This document shows, in pieces, positions 6,941 through 15,559 of a stretch of 17,210 nt of DNA. The position numbers and the translations under genes were made by a program. Position 1 is the first letter of the stretch. The number at the start of each line of letters is the position of its first letter. The notes under the pieces were generated by a model. The model saw only the letters and a list, made by a program, of their open reading frames with translations. It ran no database searches and was not told where the DNA came from. This stretch comes from Chlamydiia bacterium (GTDB taxonomy: Bacteria > Chlamydiota > Chlamydiia > Chlamydiales > Parachlamydiaceae), in assembly GCA_038257035.1 (NCBI GenBank), contig JBBSJT010000047.1, forward strand, positions 1 through 17,210, in the 5' to 3' direction.

Positions 6941-8110
6941 ATGGCAATTGAAAAAATTTTAGTGATCGATGACGAAGAGCTTATACGTCTTTTTTTAAAA
7001 GAGACATTATCGAGGATGCATCTTGATGTCACCTTGGCAAAAAATGGGGCGGAGGCAAATCATGCCTTGAAAAATTCAGGCTTCGATTTGATCATTACCG
7101 ATATGAAATTACCGGATACAACAGGCATCGACATTTTGAAAAAAGCAAAAGAGCTTTACCCTTTAACTCCAGTCATTGTCATTACAGCATTTGGCACCAT
7201 TGAAAATGCAGTTGAGGCAATGAAATTTGGCGCTTTTACTTACTTAATCAAACCATTTTGTGCAGAAACTATTGAAGCTGCAATCGATAAAGTAAAAGAA
7301 CATATTTTATTACTGACTGAAAATCAATACCTAAGAGATCAGGTTGCAACCGGTGGCCGCCACACTAAAAATCAGATTATTGCCAATAGCCCTGCTATGA
7401 AAGAAATTTTAGCGCAAGTTGAACAAGTGGCAAAAAGCAATGCAAGTGTTTTTATTAGCGGTGAATCGGGGACGGGAAAAGAAGTCATTGCTCAAGCAAT
7501 CCACGACAATTCACTTCGTGCTAAAAACCCCTACATCAAAGTAAATTGTGCGGCCGTGCCAGAAACTTTGCTTGAATCGGAGTTTTTTGGCCATGAAAAA
7601 GGTGCCTTTACAGGTGCCATCAATAAGCGCCTTGGTAGGTTTGAGCTTGGTAATACCGGAACTCTTTTTCTTGATGAAGTCACAGAAATCCCTTTGGGTG
7701 TTCAAGCAAAACTTCTTAGAGCTATTCAAGAGCAGGAGTTTGAGCGTGTAGGCGGACATAAATCTGTTAAAGTGGACGTGCGTTTGGTTTCAACAACAAA
7801 TCGAGACATTAAGGAAGCCATCCAAAATAAAGTGATGCGAGAAGATCTTTATTACAGATTAAATGTCGTTCCCATCCACATTCCCCCTTTAAGAACAAGG
7901 CCTGAAGATATCATTCCTCTTGCCGACTATTTCCTCGAACGAGCAAGTGTTGAAAATAAGTCCAAGAAAAAAACCTTAACGGATGCAGCCAAGAAAAAGC
8001 TTAATGCTTACGCATTCCCGGGAAATGTCAGGGAGCTTGGCAATATTATCGAAAGAGCCTCCGTAATGACACAAGGAAACGAGATTGGGGAGGCGGATTT
8101 GTATATTTAG
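6941..8110 (+). CDS. atoC: Sigma54-dependent response regulator (NtrC/AtoC-like, chlamydial CtcC type) lacking the C-terminal HTH
   Basis: Receiver domain (VIDDE, TDMKLP, KPF), Walker A GESGTGKE, GAFTGA, Walker B FLDEV, REDLYYRL and PGNVREL. The protein ends right after the AAA+ domain. Confidence 0.92.
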   Translation: MAIEKILVIDDEELIRLFLKETLSRMHLDVTLAKNGAEANHALKNSGFDLIITDMKLPDTTGIDILKKAKELYPLTPVIVITAFGTIENAVEAMKFGAFTYLIKPFCAETIEAAIDKVKEHILLLTENQYLRDQVATGGRHTKNQIIANSPAMKEILAQVEQVAKSNASVFISGESGTGKEVIAQAIHDNSLRAKNPYIKVNCAAVPETLLESEFFGHEKGAFTGAINKRLGRFELGNTGTLFLDEVTEIPLGVQAKLLRAIQEQEFERVGGHKSVKVDVRLVSTTNRDIKEAIQNKVMREDLYYRLNVVPIHIPPLRTRPEDIIPLADYFLERASVENKSKKKTLTDAAKKKLNAYAFPGNVRELGNIIERASVMTQGNEIGEADLYI

Positions 8111-8153
8111 AGGTGTTAGCGTTTTTACCACAGAGGCCAAGAGAGAAATATAA

Positions 8154-8332
8154 AATTTGCTAATTTGGAGTGCTGTGACCTGTCACAGCTTTGTTCTCAA
8201 ATCGACCAGGGCGTTGCAAGCCCGATTTTTCGGGCTTGAAGCACTCTAAATCGACAATGTCGATTTAGCAGCCCGCCAGGTCGGGCTGAAAACAAAGCTG
8301 TGACAGGTCACAGCACTCCAAATTAGCAAATT
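8154..8332. repeat. REP-doublet (REPIN)-like element with perfect 42 bp arms and three internal hairpins
   Basis: 8154-8195 is the exact reverse complement of 8291-8332. Each arm holds GGAGT followed by the palindrome GCTGTGAC-CT-GTCACAGC. Inner hairpins lie at 8217-8238, 8246-8268 and 8269-8288. Confidence 0.88.
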
Positions 8333-8374
8333 ATCATTATCTAAAGTAGTAGAATGTTTTCTTTGTAAACCTTA

Positions 8375-9100
8375 TTAGGTGGTGTAGCCTAATTGATTCA
8401 TGATGGATTGATAGGCTTTTACAGTGTCTACAGGTTTTAAAATTGCCTCATCAGGATGATTTGTTGAAATAAATTTGTCCCCAAAATTAATGGACAAATG
8501 CTCATCCAAATCATCAAAAATGGTAAATGCCACATATTCTGGGCGCATCTTTAACCATCTATTAATTTCACTTGCCCTGCATTCCCAATGTTTATAAATA
8601 AAAGCTTCCATTTCTTCTGGAGTTGGATATCGATCCATCTGATCATTATCAAGCATGCAATTTTCAACACTGATTTCAAGATGAGAAAATACGCAATGAT
8701 CTTGCCACTGATAAAATGGGGTTTTATGATCTGTTGTTTTATCAATAATATATTTTGAAAACTTATGCATTTGAAATATAGCTTTTAAGTCATCTACCGA
8801 CCTATCGGTTCGCCAAGAGGATGAAATCACAATGTGCACGTTTGCCACTTCATAAATTTTTTCTATTAAATTATGGAAGACATCTAAAACTTCTGCTTTA
8901 AATAGATAAGCCTCTGCACTACTGCAAGTATTGCATCTTTTACAAGTGTAGGCATGGTAAGGGTCTTGCACGAGTTTTTTGATAATATCATTTTTTTTCT
9001 TGGATTCATCTTCAGTGAATTCTTTGGCAGGGCCCAATACACCGTCGATATCAAGAAATAAAGCGACGTAGGGTTTACTTGCATCATGTAGAAAGTTCAT
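8375..9100 (-). CDS. HAD-superfamily phosphatase (HAD_SAK_2, Swiss-Army-knife RNA-repair type)
   Basis: Motif I LFLDIDGVL, motif II IVISSSWR, RASEINRWL and motif IV IFDD. Confidence 0.8.
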   Translation of the reverse strand: MNFLHDASKPYVALFLDIDGVLGPAKEFTEDESKKKNDIIKKLVQDPYHAYTCKRCNTCSSAEAYLFKAEVLDVFHNLIEKIYEVANVHIVISSSWRTDRSVDDLKAIFQMHKFSKYIIDKTTDHKTPFYQWQDHCVFSHLEISVENCMLDNDQMDRYPTPEEMEAFIYKHWECRASEINRWLKMRPEYVAFTIFDDLDEHLSINFGDKFISTNHPDEAILKPVDTVKAYQSIMNQLGYTT

Positions 9101-9244
9101 TTTAATCCTGGATTTTTACAATCCAAATTAGCAAGCTTTGGCTTTTTCAATCAATAAAATAATTATCCATAGTAATTCATGTGGCACCACTCTGCTCTCT
9201 CTCCGCAGCTTCTCTCGTGATCTCTGTGTAAAAAAAAATATGCG

Positions 9245-11056
9245 CTAAGGTAATTTCAGGGCCATGCGGTTGACTTCGGCCACTTTAAGAAGAAACTTGA
9301 TGCGCTCTTCGTTTAATTCAAGTTTCTTTAAAGCTTTTACTTTATCAGAAAGTTTGCTTAAACGAATATTTCGCACCTCATGGCTGACAAGACCCGAAAA
9401 GACTTCGCCAAACACTTCCAAAATGTATTTGTAGCTATCTTCTTCAAAAAGGTCAGATTCAAAAAGAGCCGCTCTTCCCGTTAAAAGATTGGTCTTCGGT
9501 TCTATTTTTTTTAAAACTTTTGCTTTTTCTTTCATGGTAACAAGTTCTTCAAGAAGAATATTTAAACACGAAATGGAATTGTCTAGACTTGAGAGTAATG
9601 TTTTCTTTAAAGCTTTTATTTTCTTCAATGTCACTTGAGGCATTGAGCCTTCTTTAATTAGTTTTGAAATTTTTGATGCAAATCGATATTTTTTTTGTAG
9701 ATACTGCTTTTTGACGCTTTTAAGTGACTGATTTTTAATGTTCGGAAAGCCAAGCCCCCCTTCTGTTGCATTGATGAGTTGAATTTCAGGATGCTCTTTT
9801 GCAAAATCTCCCATCCATTCCGATTCTACAATCCATTTCCAAAGCGTGTAGATCGGTTTCCCATAAATATCTTTTTTTAAAACAGCTTTTAAATCAAAAT
9901 CTTTTGGGTTTTCATTTTCAAATTTTAAAATTTCATTTTTACTGACATTAGGATCATCAATTATTCCATCTGCGTAACAACGCATTCCTGTAAATCCCAA
10001 ATCCATGCCCACAAAAATAATGGGATGACATCCAAGCGCTTTTGCAATTTCAACTTCAAAATTGATCACATTGTGACCCTCATCCAAAAGAGATTCGCGA
10101 TCAATATTTAATTTATCTTCAAACCACTCTGACACATCATAACCGCCACTTCCGGGAACATAAAGACGTGCTCCTTCAATCAAACTTAAAGCGTCAGGAT
10201 GAATACGGTTTCTAAAGAAAAAAGGGATTTTAACATGGCATGTTTGACTGATGCGCAAAATTTGTGCGGCATTAGGATCTATCCCTGCCCCAAAATGAGG
10301 TGTGATGCCATTTGCAACCAAAGAATTTAACGAAGAGCCTCCTGCAAAAATCAAAGCATGGTCAGATAAAGCTTTTAAGTCTTTAAAATGTTTATTTAAA
10401 GAAGGACCTGCACCGCAAATAATGGCGGGCACATTCTTGAATTTTCCAAAAAGCGAATTGCCAAGAAAGGAGCCTGGCAGTAGTTCCAAGTTTTTATAAT
10501 AATTTTTAAAAAACACCGCCCCATAATCAAGATATTCGCCAACAAGTGAATTATGAAGTAGTTGATCATTTTCTATGCGATGAAGAAGTTTTAAATAAGT
10601 ATCATTTTTTATTTTTTTATAATGTGGTGAGTTTATCACTTTGATTTTTTTCATAAAAAATTCAAAGCGTAAGCCAAGTGTAATCTCTTTGATATCATCA
10701 ATGCGGTCAAAATAGTAGAGTGAAACTTTTGGATCATTCATGATCAGGCTTCCGGTTTCATTTGAAAGAAGATGAAAAATAACCTCTGCATCATCCTCTA
10801 AAAAAATGAGACGACGATCCCCTTGCAGCCATGAAGTTAAAGCTAAATAGCCCTCGCCTTGCCCAAGTCCATAAACAAATAGAACTTCTGTTTCATCAAT
10901 TTCTGATGCATCCAACCATTTCTCTAAAACAGCCTTCGAAGTTCGCTTTTGTTGATTTTTTTCATTTTTAAGATCCAGATAAGGAAGCATCAATGCTTTT
11001 TTTGGGTCTGTTAAAGACCATTTCTCTATATTTTTTTGAAAAAGCACTTCATTCAT
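9245..11056 (-). CDS. Maf/DUF115 (motility-associated factor glycosyltransferase / MptE-like) family protein
   Basis: Motifs VYGLGQG, PAIICGAGPSL, GITPHF..IDP, LGCHPIIFVGMDLGF and LINATEGG. Confidence 0.85.
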   Translation of the reverse strand: MNEVLFQKNIEKWSLTDPKKALMLPYLDLKNEKNQQKRTSKAVLEKWLDASEIDETEVLFVYGLGQGEGYLALTSWLQGDRRLIFLEDDAEVIFHLLSNETGSLIMNDPKVSLYYFDRIDDIKEITLGLRFEFFMKKIKVINSPHYKKIKNDTYLKLLHRIENDQLLHNSLVGEYLDYGAVFFKNYYKNLELLPGSFLGNSLFGKFKNVPAIICGAGPSLNKHFKDLKALSDHALIFAGGSSLNSLVANGITPHFGAGIDPNAAQILRISQTCHVKIPFFFRNRIHPDALSLIEGARLYVPGSGGYDVSEWFEDKLNIDRESLLDEGHNVINFEVEIAKALGCHPIIFVGMDLGFTGMRCYADGIIDDPNVSKNEILKFENENPKDFDLKAVLKKDIYGKPIYTLWKWIVESEWMGDFAKEHPEIQLINATEGGLGFPNIKNQSLKSVKKQYLQKKYRFASKISKLIKEGSMPQVTLKKIKALKKTLLSSLDNSISCLNILLEELVTMKEKAKVLKKIEPKTNLLTGRAALFESDLFEEDSYKYILEVFGEVFSGLVSHEVRNIRLSKLSDKVKALKKLELNEERIKFLLKVAEVNRMALKLP

Positions 11057-13898
11057 TCTTTGTCAGGTCCTGTTTTTCAATAATTTGGCCTATGAATTGC
11101 TGCATCTCATTCATTTGACTTTTCATTAACTTAATCAGAGTACCTAATTGCTCATCTATAGATTTTTGCAGAACCGAAGATTTCCAGATAGGCTCTTCCA
11201 TAAGAAGGGCATTCCCGCTGAATTTTTCTTGAATATCTTTATTGATAGTACTCAATTTTTTTATTTCACTTTGTACGGACTGTAAATCATTTTTCAAATC
11301 TTGTACTTTATTTGCTTGGAGCTGATCTAAAAAGGGAAGCACAAGATCTGCCTTTTGAAAAAGATCATGAATTGATTCCATAAAAATATTAGTCATTTTG
11401 ATCAATTTATCAAAATAATCTTGTTCTTCTACAATCTCTTTTGGTATTTCTCTACCATCTCTTTCAAAACAGCGAATCTCATATCCTGCCTCATCGTGCC
11501 TTACTTCCTGTTTTAAAACTCCGTTATCATACCACCATTTTGAAACACCACTCGGTTTATCAGCCGTGTAGTAGGCTTCGATTAGAAGTTGCCCCTCCGC
11601 ACTCCACATGCGCTCGATTCCTTCTCTTGATCCCATTTTAAATGCAAGTTGACGTTTTAAATTTCCATTTGGATAATAAAGCAATACATCACCATGAAGC
11701 TTTCCTTGAAGGTAGGAAATTGAAGATTTTAAAGTCCCATCCTCATAATAATATTGGTGTAAGCCATTTTCAAGACCCTGTTTGAATTCTTTTTTTGCAA
11801 AAAGATTCCCTGTCAAATAATAAAATTCAGCAATCCCCTCTTTCAAGCCTTTTTCAAACCAGGAGCGTGAGAGCACTTGATCGCCTTTACTCATAAAAAC
11901 TGACAAACCATCAAGTAGTCCCTCTTTCATCTCTGTTGCAAGTTTGCCCCTATTGCTTGATTTTTTATCCTTGATTTTTTTTTGATTTTTTAAATTCGAC
12001 GAAAATATCTTCTCTACATTACTTTTGATGGCGTTCTCTAAAATACTTTTATGAGTATTGATTACCATTTGAAGAAAATGGTTACAATCAAGTTCAAGTT
12101 CAATCCTCGATTTAATTTTTGCATCTTTTAAATCTTTTTCCAAATCATAAAGAAAATAAGGCATGCGCTTTTCAAAAAGCCAAAAATATTTATCGGCAAA
12201 TGGATTTAACACATAACGGCCAAAATCTTCACTTGCCATTTTGTCTCGTAAAGTATCGAGGGTGCGGCATTTTTCTTCAAGAGAATAAGGTTTTTTTGCT
12301 TGGTAATCAGAAATAAAGCTGGAACATTCTGCAATGGCTTCTTTTAACAAATTCTCACATCTCTTTAATGATTTATCTAAACTTTTTAGTCTTTTTAAAA
12401 CATTTTCATCTGTAGTTTCTTCAGAAAAGTGACTGTTTTGAATTTTAGAATGAATTAATCCTTCGAAATCATAACTTTTTTTAAAGTACTTTAAAGCTAC
12501 ATCTTCTAAATTCATATTAACAATATCTGGAAAACCAATTCCACCTTCTGTTGCATTAATCAGGGTAATATCAGGATTGGATTTTGCAAAATAAGTGTAC
12601 CATGATGCTTCATTGATCCATTTCCAAAGCGTCGTTGTAGAATTTCCATAAATATCTTTAAACCCTATAAGCTCATCGTGAGATCCTTTCGTGATAAATG
12701 TGCGTTTATAATTGTGAAGGGCATGAAATTTAATTCCCGGTAAATACGATTGGTTATTTGTATACGCCAAATCCATACCACAAACAATAATGGGATTGCA
12801 CCCTAATGCTTTGGCAATTGACACACTAAAGTTGATCACATTGTAACCCTCATCGATTGGGTCTGACTCTTCTACACCAAATCTTTTTTCAAAAAGTTGA
12901 GGGATGACGTAACCCCCTGCCCCCGTAACATAGAGTTTTTCTCCCGAATGAAGGTTTAAGGCCTCAGGGTAAATACGGTTACGATAAAAAAATGGAGTCT
13001 CATACGCATTATTTCCAAGAAGGCGCATGAGCTGGGTTGGATTTGGATCCACTCCCACAGTCAAGTGAGGAAAAACGTTATAAGAATTTAGGGCATTGAC
13101 TGCCGTTCCTCCTGCAATAATTAAAGCTTTGTCCCCTAAAGTTTTCAGAAGCTGAATATTTTTTTCAAGAGAAGGCCCGGCACCACAAATAATGGCAGGA
13201 ATATTTTCAAATTGGTTAAATAATTTATTTCCAAGATATGAGTTTGGCAATTGTTTTAAGTTTTCATAAAAATTTAAAAAATAAGGAGCACCGCCGATTA
13301 ATAATTCCCCCGACATTGACTGTTTTGAATAGATCGCATGGGAAAAATTAAGAGTTAGATTTTCAACATCCTTGAATCTTTTTTCCTTGTAAAAATCCAA
13401 AGTTGCAAGAAGATAGGGATCAAATAAAAATGCTGTTGTTAATGAATCTAAAGCTGAATTTTCAAAAGCGGCATGATACTCTACATAATGTAGTCGACAT
13501 TGAGAGTTATGCAAAATTTCAGTTGCCATTTCGGTACGCAAAAAAGAAGAAATCATTTTTTTATCATCTTCGATAAAAATTAAAAATCTTGTGAAATCTT
13601 CTTTTAGCCATTTTTTACATGCCTCATAGTAAGCCCCGAGACCTACCCCAAACACATATAAAATTTTAACCCCATTCAAATTTAACTTTGAAAACCAGTT
13701 TAAACATTCTTCTGCCACATTTGTTGAATAAAGGGTTTCATCTTTTGGAAGTTTTAAATTAAGTTCACCCTCCTCATTTTTGAAAATGGGATAGAAAGAA
13801 GAGAATGAAATTTTATCGGCCTCTTGTTTTGAAAAGTAGGAATAACGCTCAAGATTTTTTTTGAAAATCTCTTCTTCATCATTCAAAGATGCAGCCAT
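11049..13898 (-). CDS. Maf/DUF115 family protein fused to MORN-variant repeats and a C-terminal helical region
   Basis: Motifs VFGVGLG, PAIICGAGPSL, LGCNPIIVCGMDLAY and LINATEGG, followed by repeats such as YYEDGTLKS, GKLHG..YYPNGNLK and WYDNGVLKQ. Confidence 0.85.
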   Translation of the reverse strand: MAASLNDEEEIFKKNLERYSYFSKQEADKISFSSFYPIFKNEEGELNLKLPKDETLYSTNVAEECLNWFSKLNLNGVKILYVFGVGLGAYYEACKKWLKEDFTRFLIFIEDDKKMISSFLRTEMATEILHNSQCRLHYVEYHAAFENSALDSLTTAFLFDPYLLATLDFYKEKRFKDVENLTLNFSHAIYSKQSMSGELLIGGAPYFLNFYENLKQLPNSYLGNKLFNQFENIPAIICGAGPSLEKNIQLLKTLGDKALIIAGGTAVNALNSYNVFPHLTVGVDPNPTQLMRLLGNNAYETPFFYRNRIYPEALNLHSGEKLYVTGAGGYVIPQLFEKRFGVEESDPIDEGYNVINFSVSIAKALGCNPIIVCGMDLAYTNNQSYLPGIKFHALHNYKRTFITKGSHDELIGFKDIYGNSTTTLWKWINEASWYTYFAKSNPDITLINATEGGIGFPDIVNMNLEDVALKYFKKSYDFEGLIHSKIQNSHFSEETTDENVLKRLKSLDKSLKRCENLLKEAIAECSSFISDYQAKKPYSLEEKCRTLDTLRDKMASEDFGRYVLNPFADKYFWLFEKRMPYFLYDLEKDLKDAKIKSRIELELDCNHFLQMVINTHKSILENAIKSNVEKIFSSNLKNQKKIKDKKSSNRGKLATEMKEGLLDGLSVFMSKGDQVLSRSWFEKGLKEGIAEFYYLTGNLFAKKEFKQGLENGLHQYYYEDGTLKSSISYLQGKLHGDVLLYYPNGNLKRQLAFKMGSREGIERMWSAEGQLLIEAYYTADKPSGVSKWWYDNGVLKQEVRHDEAGYEIRCFERDGREIPKEIVEEQDYFDKLIKMTNIFMESIHDLFQKADLVLPFLDQLQANKVQDLKNDLQSVQSEIKKLSTINKDIQEKFSGNALLMEEPIWKSSVLQKSIDEQLGTLIKLMKSQMNEMQQFIGQIIEKQDLTKNE

Positions 13899-14311
13899 TT
13901 ATCCCCGCCCACTCGTTTGAATTTTTTCTTGCGTTTGGCGATTTCATCAGCTTTTTGTTTATCTACAGAAACTGTTTCATCAACTGTTTTAGCGGCTTGC
14001 AATTGTAACCTTGCAGCTTCTACTTCCGCTTTTAGTTTCTTTGAAAATTCCATTATTTTTTTCTGTTTTGGATTCAAGCTCGAAGGATTTTTTATCACTT
14101 GTTCCAATTCCGTTTTACTTATCCCACCGGCATTGAAGGTAGACATGTTGAGTTCTGAAAATTTATCCACGAACCCTTTTAGCTGATCAATCCTGGCTTG
14201 AATTTCAGGGGTGACTCTCTCATGGATCGGCTTATCTTTATTTTCATCGACAAGCTTGAATAGATCTGCAAGTTCATGCAGCATTTTTTCTAAAGGATCT
14301 CCAGAATTCAT
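13883..14311 (-). CDS. Hypothetical alpha-helical/coiled-coil protein with a basic C-terminus
   Basis: 142 aa ORF with GGGGG upstream of the ATG. It overlaps the start of the Maf-MORN gene. Confidence 0.75.
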   Translation of the reverse strand: MNSGDPLEKMLHELADLFKLVDENKDKPIHERVTPEIQARIDQLKGFVDKFSELNMSTFNAGGISKTELEQVIKNPSSLNPKQKKIMEFSKKLKAEVEAARLQLQAAKTVDETVSVDKQKADEIAKRKKKFKRVGGDKWLHL

Positions 14312-14350
14312 AATGCCCCCTTTTTTCTTTATTATATAAAATATTTTAAT

Positions 14351-14803
14351 TTAAAGAGAGGATAAAAGTTCTTGATAGGGAGGAATATAGGAAAGAAAGT
14401 TGTATTGCTTCTGTTCTTGATTAAAAAAACCAAATTGGATTTCAGTTTCATTGGCAATGGCAATAAATTTAGCTTTTACATAGTGATTGTACCCGACAAC
14501 TTGATTGATCACCTTAGGAGTCAATTTAACCGCCTTACACTCGATAATTAAAAGTGGGTAAAGATTATGATCCGGATGTATATCTTTTGCAAAGCAGACG
14601 ATATCCGCACGTCTATCAGGGATTTTAATAGGTGAAAGCATAAGATGCGGCATTTGACATAATGCTTTTTCCAGTACAAGAAGGTTTTTCGGAAATTGAA
14701 GATTTTCTATTAAGTGATGGATAAGCTTTTGCCGGACGATCTCTTCCGGCAGGAAAGCCACCCACTCTTTTCTTGTAGAACAATAAATTTTACTAGGTCT
14801 CAA
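14351..14803 (-). CDS. Stand-alone type I restriction HsdR N-terminal-like (PD-(D/E)xK) domain protein
   Basis: Motifs PEEIVRQ, RRADIV, IIECKA and QVVGYN. TTG start 4 nt after the hpf stop. Confidence 0.8.
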   Translation of the reverse strand: MRPSKIYCSTRKEWVAFLPEEIVRQKLIHHLIENLQFPKNLLVLEKALCQMPHLMLSPIKIPDRRADIVCFAKDIHPDHNLYPLLIIECKAVKLTPKVINQVVGYNHYVKAKFIAIANETEIQFGFFNQEQKQYNFLSYIPPYQELLSSL

Positions 14804-14807
14804 ATCT

Positions 14808-15443
14808 TTAAACTTCCGGTTCTATGATAGCAAAGCTATCATCTCTTCTGCGGTAAATGACTTTTAATTTCCTATCAGTTTCATCCTTATAAATTAAAAA
14901 GGCATCACCTGATAATTCAAGTTTCATGATAGCTTCATCACTGGTCAATAATTTTAAAGCCAATTTTTTCTTTCTCTGAATTTTATGAGGAACAAATTTC
15001 ATTGAATTTTTTTGACTATTTTCTTCATCAATGTCATCGTTAATCTCTGTAAGCTCAGCGTCATTTGCAGCTAAAACATTGACATTCATATCTATAGATT
15101 CATTCGGTTTTAAGTGATAATCTTGAATTCTGTCTTTATATTTTAGAAGCTGAGTTTGAAGTCTATCTACAGCTTTATCTATTGAGGCATACATATTTTC
15201 TGAAATTGCATGACTTGTTACTTTTGTATGGCCGGCTTTTAAGACTATATTACAACGATGCTCAAGTTTTTGAACTTCCAAAACGACCGATACATCAATA
15301 ATGCGATTCATAAACTTTTCAATTTTAGAAATCTTTTCCATGGCATAATCTTCCATGGCATCTGTCAGTTCAATGTTTTTTCCCTGTACATCAATATTAT
15401 ATGAAACATCGGCAAATTCAGCAGCTTTTGATTTTCGACTCAT
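14808..15443 (-). CDS. hpf: Ribosome hibernation promoting factor, long form (RaiA/sigma54 modulation protein S30EA)
   Basis: Motifs GKNIELTDAM..Y..EKI, MYASIDKAVDRL..QL and C-terminal DEAIMKLEL....FLIY......VIYRR.D. The ATG at 15443 follows GGAAGG; the ORF track extends to 15488. Confidence 0.92.
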   Translation of the reverse strand: MSRKSKAAEFADVSYNIDVQGKNIELTDAMEDYAMEKISKIEKFMNRIIDVSVVLEVQKLEHRCNIVLKAGHTKVTSHAISENMYASIDKAVDRLQTQLLKYKDRIQDYHLKPNESIDMNVNVLAANDAELTEINDDIDEENSQKNSMKFVPHKIQRKKKLALKLLTSDEAIMKLELSGDAFLIYKDETDRKLKVIYRRRDDSFAIIEPEV

Positions 15444-15559
15444 AAGATACCTTCCATTTTTAGTTAAGTGAAGTGTTAGCTCCCTCAATTCTCATTATAA
15501 CTCTTTAAAATTTATAATATAAAGCAAAAAAAAATAACGATCTATAAAGATAAGGTCTA

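Noticed and set aside
8196..8290. Three-hairpin core as a tRNA
   Set aside because: No T-loop GTTCRA, D-loop consensus, 7 nt anticodon loop or CCA end.
9182..9196. TGGCACCACTCTGCT as a sigma54 promoter
   Set aside because: The GG to GC spacing is 9 nt, not the required 10, and it points antisense into the Maf gene.
11440..11950. YwqK-like antitoxin of a toxin-antitoxin pair
   Set aside because: The MORN-variant repeats are a generic module fused in frame to Maf, and no toxin gene is adjacent.
7511..14186. Small nested or antisense ORFs (7511, 7548, 8551, 8884, 10302, 11441, 12119, 13917; likewise 15891)
   Set aside because: All lie inside longer motif-supported CDSs and have no independent evidence.
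14351..14803. Type I restriction-modification system
   Set aside because: Only the small nuclease-like domain is present, with no motor, methylase or specificity subunit.
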